From: a phage
Strand: one strand, 5' to 3'
Length of the DNA stretch: 64,000 bases
Sequence record: PQ724392.1
The position numbers and the translations under genes were made by a program. The notes beneath the pieces are model-generated. The model did not search any database. It saw only the letters and a list, made by a program, of their open reading frames with translations, and had not been told where the DNA came from. Of this stretch, positions 62,214 to 64,000 are shown piece by piece (position 1 is the stretch's first letter; every line of letters starts with the position of its first letter).

Positions 62214-64000
62214 TGGTGTTTAACCCTATGCATGATTTCTTTATTTTTGCCGAGATTAAATCCGCGTTCGTTCGGATTTCCCAAATAACCACAAGTTCTT
62301 CTTATTGTGTTCATCTTTTTAGGGTCAGTTTCTCCACAAATAGAACAAACAAATCCGTTTTCAGTAGGAGTCATTTCATGGGTACTTCCACACGTAAAAC
62401 ATTTATCTACTGGCATGTTAACACCAAAATAATCTAAATGTTGCGCAGCATAATCCCATACAGCCTCAAGACCTTTTAAGTTATTTTTCATATCAGGAAG
62501 TTCAACATAAGAAATGTGACCACCTGTCGCAATGAAATGATATGGAGCTTCGCGGGAAATCTTTTCAAACGGGGTGATATTTTCTTCTACTGAAACATGG
62601 AAACTATTAGTGTACCAGCCTTTATCAGTAACATCCTTTACACTTCCATATTTTTCAGTATCAAGTTTACAGAAGCGATAACAAAGGTTTTCAGCAGGTG
62701 TAGAATACAAACTAAAAGCAAAACCGGTTCTTTCAGTCCACTGCTTAAGACGAGCATTCATTTTAGTTAAAATTTCTTGCCCAATATCACGACCGGCAAG
62801 AATATTCAATTCGTGAATACCAATGTATCCCAAAGACACTGAACTTCTACCGTTTTTAAATAACTCAATTATATCATCATCAGGTTTAAGACGAACCCCG
62901 AATGCACCTTCTTGGTAAAGAATAGGAGCAACAGTCGCTTTAACTCCTTTTAAGGAATTAATTCTACACATCAAAGCTTCAAAACACAAATCCATTCGCT
63001 CATTGAACAATTCGATAAATTTCTGTTCATTGAACTGTGTTCCAATATAAGAATCTAACGCAATGCGAGGAAGATTCAGTGTTACAACACCAAGATTATT
63101 ACGTCCATCAAGAATTTCATTACCAGTCGAATCTTTCCATACGCCCAAGAAACTACGGCAACCCATTGGAGAAACAGGAATAGATGAACCAGTGATAGCT
63201 TTATTATTCTTAGCTGAAATAATATCAGGATACATCCTTTTGCTTGCACACTCTAGAGCAAGCTGCTTAATATCATAGTTCGGGTCGTCTTTATAAAGAT
63301 TAACACCTTCTTCAACGAACATAACAAGTTTAGGGAAAATAGGAGTTATCCCATCGCGACCAAGACCTTTGATACGATTTTTCAGAATTGCTTTCTGAAT
63401 CATTCGTTCAGTCCAGTCAGTTCCCGTACCAAATGTAATGGTTACAAAAGGCGTTTGTCCGTTTGAACTAAAGAGAGTATTTACTTCATATTCATAAGCT
63501 TGGAATGCATCGTATACGTCTTTTTCTGTTTTAGATTGGGCATAATTCAATGCATCAGTGATTTGCCATTTTTCTGCATCTTCAATATGTTTTGCGTATG
63601 TACGTTTAACATAAGGAGAAAATACTTTGTCTACATTAGCAAAAGTCGTTCCGCCATATTGGTGAGAAGCAACCTGTGCAGTAATTTGTGCCATAATTGC
63701 AGTAGCAACACCGATTGATTTAGGAGTTTCAATCTGTGCATTACCAAGCTTAAATCCGTTCTCAAGCATTCCTTTTAAATCTACTAAACAGCAATTAGTA
63801 AATGGAAGAGCAGGGGAATAATCAATATCATGGAAATGAATAATTCCACTTTCATGGGCTTTCATAATAAAAGACGCGACCATATTTTTGGCAATATGTT
63901 TAGATACAATACCAGCCATAAGGTCCCGTTGAGTTGGAAAAACACGAGAATCTTTATTAGCATTCTCGTTTAAAAGGTCTTTATTAGTTTTATGAATCAA
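62210..64000 (-). CDS. nrdD: anaerobic ribonucleoside-triphosphate reductase NrdD (3' part; 5' end beyond window)
   Basis: 596-aa ORF open to the right edge; C-terminal zinc ribbon (CFTCGS....CSICG) and glycyl-radical tail RRTCGYLG. Confidence 0.9.
   Translation of the reverse strand: MIHKTNKDLLNENANKDSRVFPTQRDLMAGIVSKHIAKNMVASFIMKAHESGIIHFHDIDYSPALPFTNCCLVDLKGMLENGFKLGNAQIETPKSIGVATAIMAQITAQVASHQYGGTTFANVDKVFSPYVKRTYAKHIEDAEKWQITDALNYAQSKTEKDVYDAFQAYEYEVNTLFSSNGQTPFVTITFGTGTDWTERMIQKAILKNRIKGLGRDGITPIFPKLVMFVEEGVNLYKDDPNYDIKQLALECASKRMYPDIISAKNNKAITGSSIPVSPMGCRSFLGVWKDSTGNEILDGRNNLGVVTLNLPRIALDSYIGTQFNEQKFIELFNERMDLCFEALMCRINSLKGVKATVAPILYQEGAFGVRLKPDDDIIELFKNGRSSVSLGYIGIHELNILAGRDIGQEILTKMNARLKQWTERTGFAFSLYSTPAENLCYRFCKLDTEKYGSVKDVTDKGWYTNSFHVSVEENITPFEKISREAPYHFIATGGHISYVELPDMKNNLKGLEAVWDYAAQHLDYFGVNMPVDKCFTCGSTHEMTPTENGFVCSICGETDPKKMNTIRRTCGYLGNPNERGFNLGKNKEIMHRVKHQ

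Noticed and set aside
1-64000. tRNA genes, integrase or prophage attachment sites
   Set aside because: No integrase-like ORF and no cloverleaf-like conserved tRNA sequences noticed by eye; the region is core lytic T4-like gene content. A tRNA scan was not possible and would be needed for certainty.

Overview
This window is a contiguous stretch of a T4-like (T-even, Tevenvirinae-type) myovirus genome, read entirely from the sequence and the ORF track; every protein assignment is a match to my memory of the T4 proteins and gene order, since no database search was possible. Left to right it contains: gene 32 (ssDNA-binding protein), 59, 33, dsbA and rnh on the minus strand; the long-tail-fibre operon 34-35-36-37-38 and the holin t on the plus strand; then an unbroken minus-strand array of early/middle genes in T4 order: asiA, arn, motA, 52, ndd, rIIB, rIIA, a fused 39/60 topoisomerase subunit, dexA, dda, two ADP-ribosyltransferases (modA/modB-like), soc, 56, 61, spackle, dmd, 41, 40, uvsX, imm, 43, regA, 62, 44, 45, 46, 47, 55, nrdG and the 3' part of nrdD. 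Between the conserved genes are blocks of small unknown ORFs, many preceded by T4-type early promoters and GC-clamped tetraloop terminators. I found no tRNA, CRISPR array, integrase, intron or homing-endonuclease gene by eye. The most interesting points are: (1) an accessory islet next to dmd with a Dmd-like paralogue and a small protein carrying an H-G-S...Y...E arrangement; (2) the absence of beta-gt, gene 42 and alpha-gt from their T4 positions while arn and gene 56 are kept; (3) a lipoprotein plus Imm-like module between uvsX and 43; (4) a T2-type adhesin module (gp37 with a C-terminal intramolecular-chaperone domain followed by a glycine-rich gp38); (5) short direct repeats at gene junctions that look like recombination scars. 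Coordinates of promoters and hairpins were counted by hand and may be off by a few bases.
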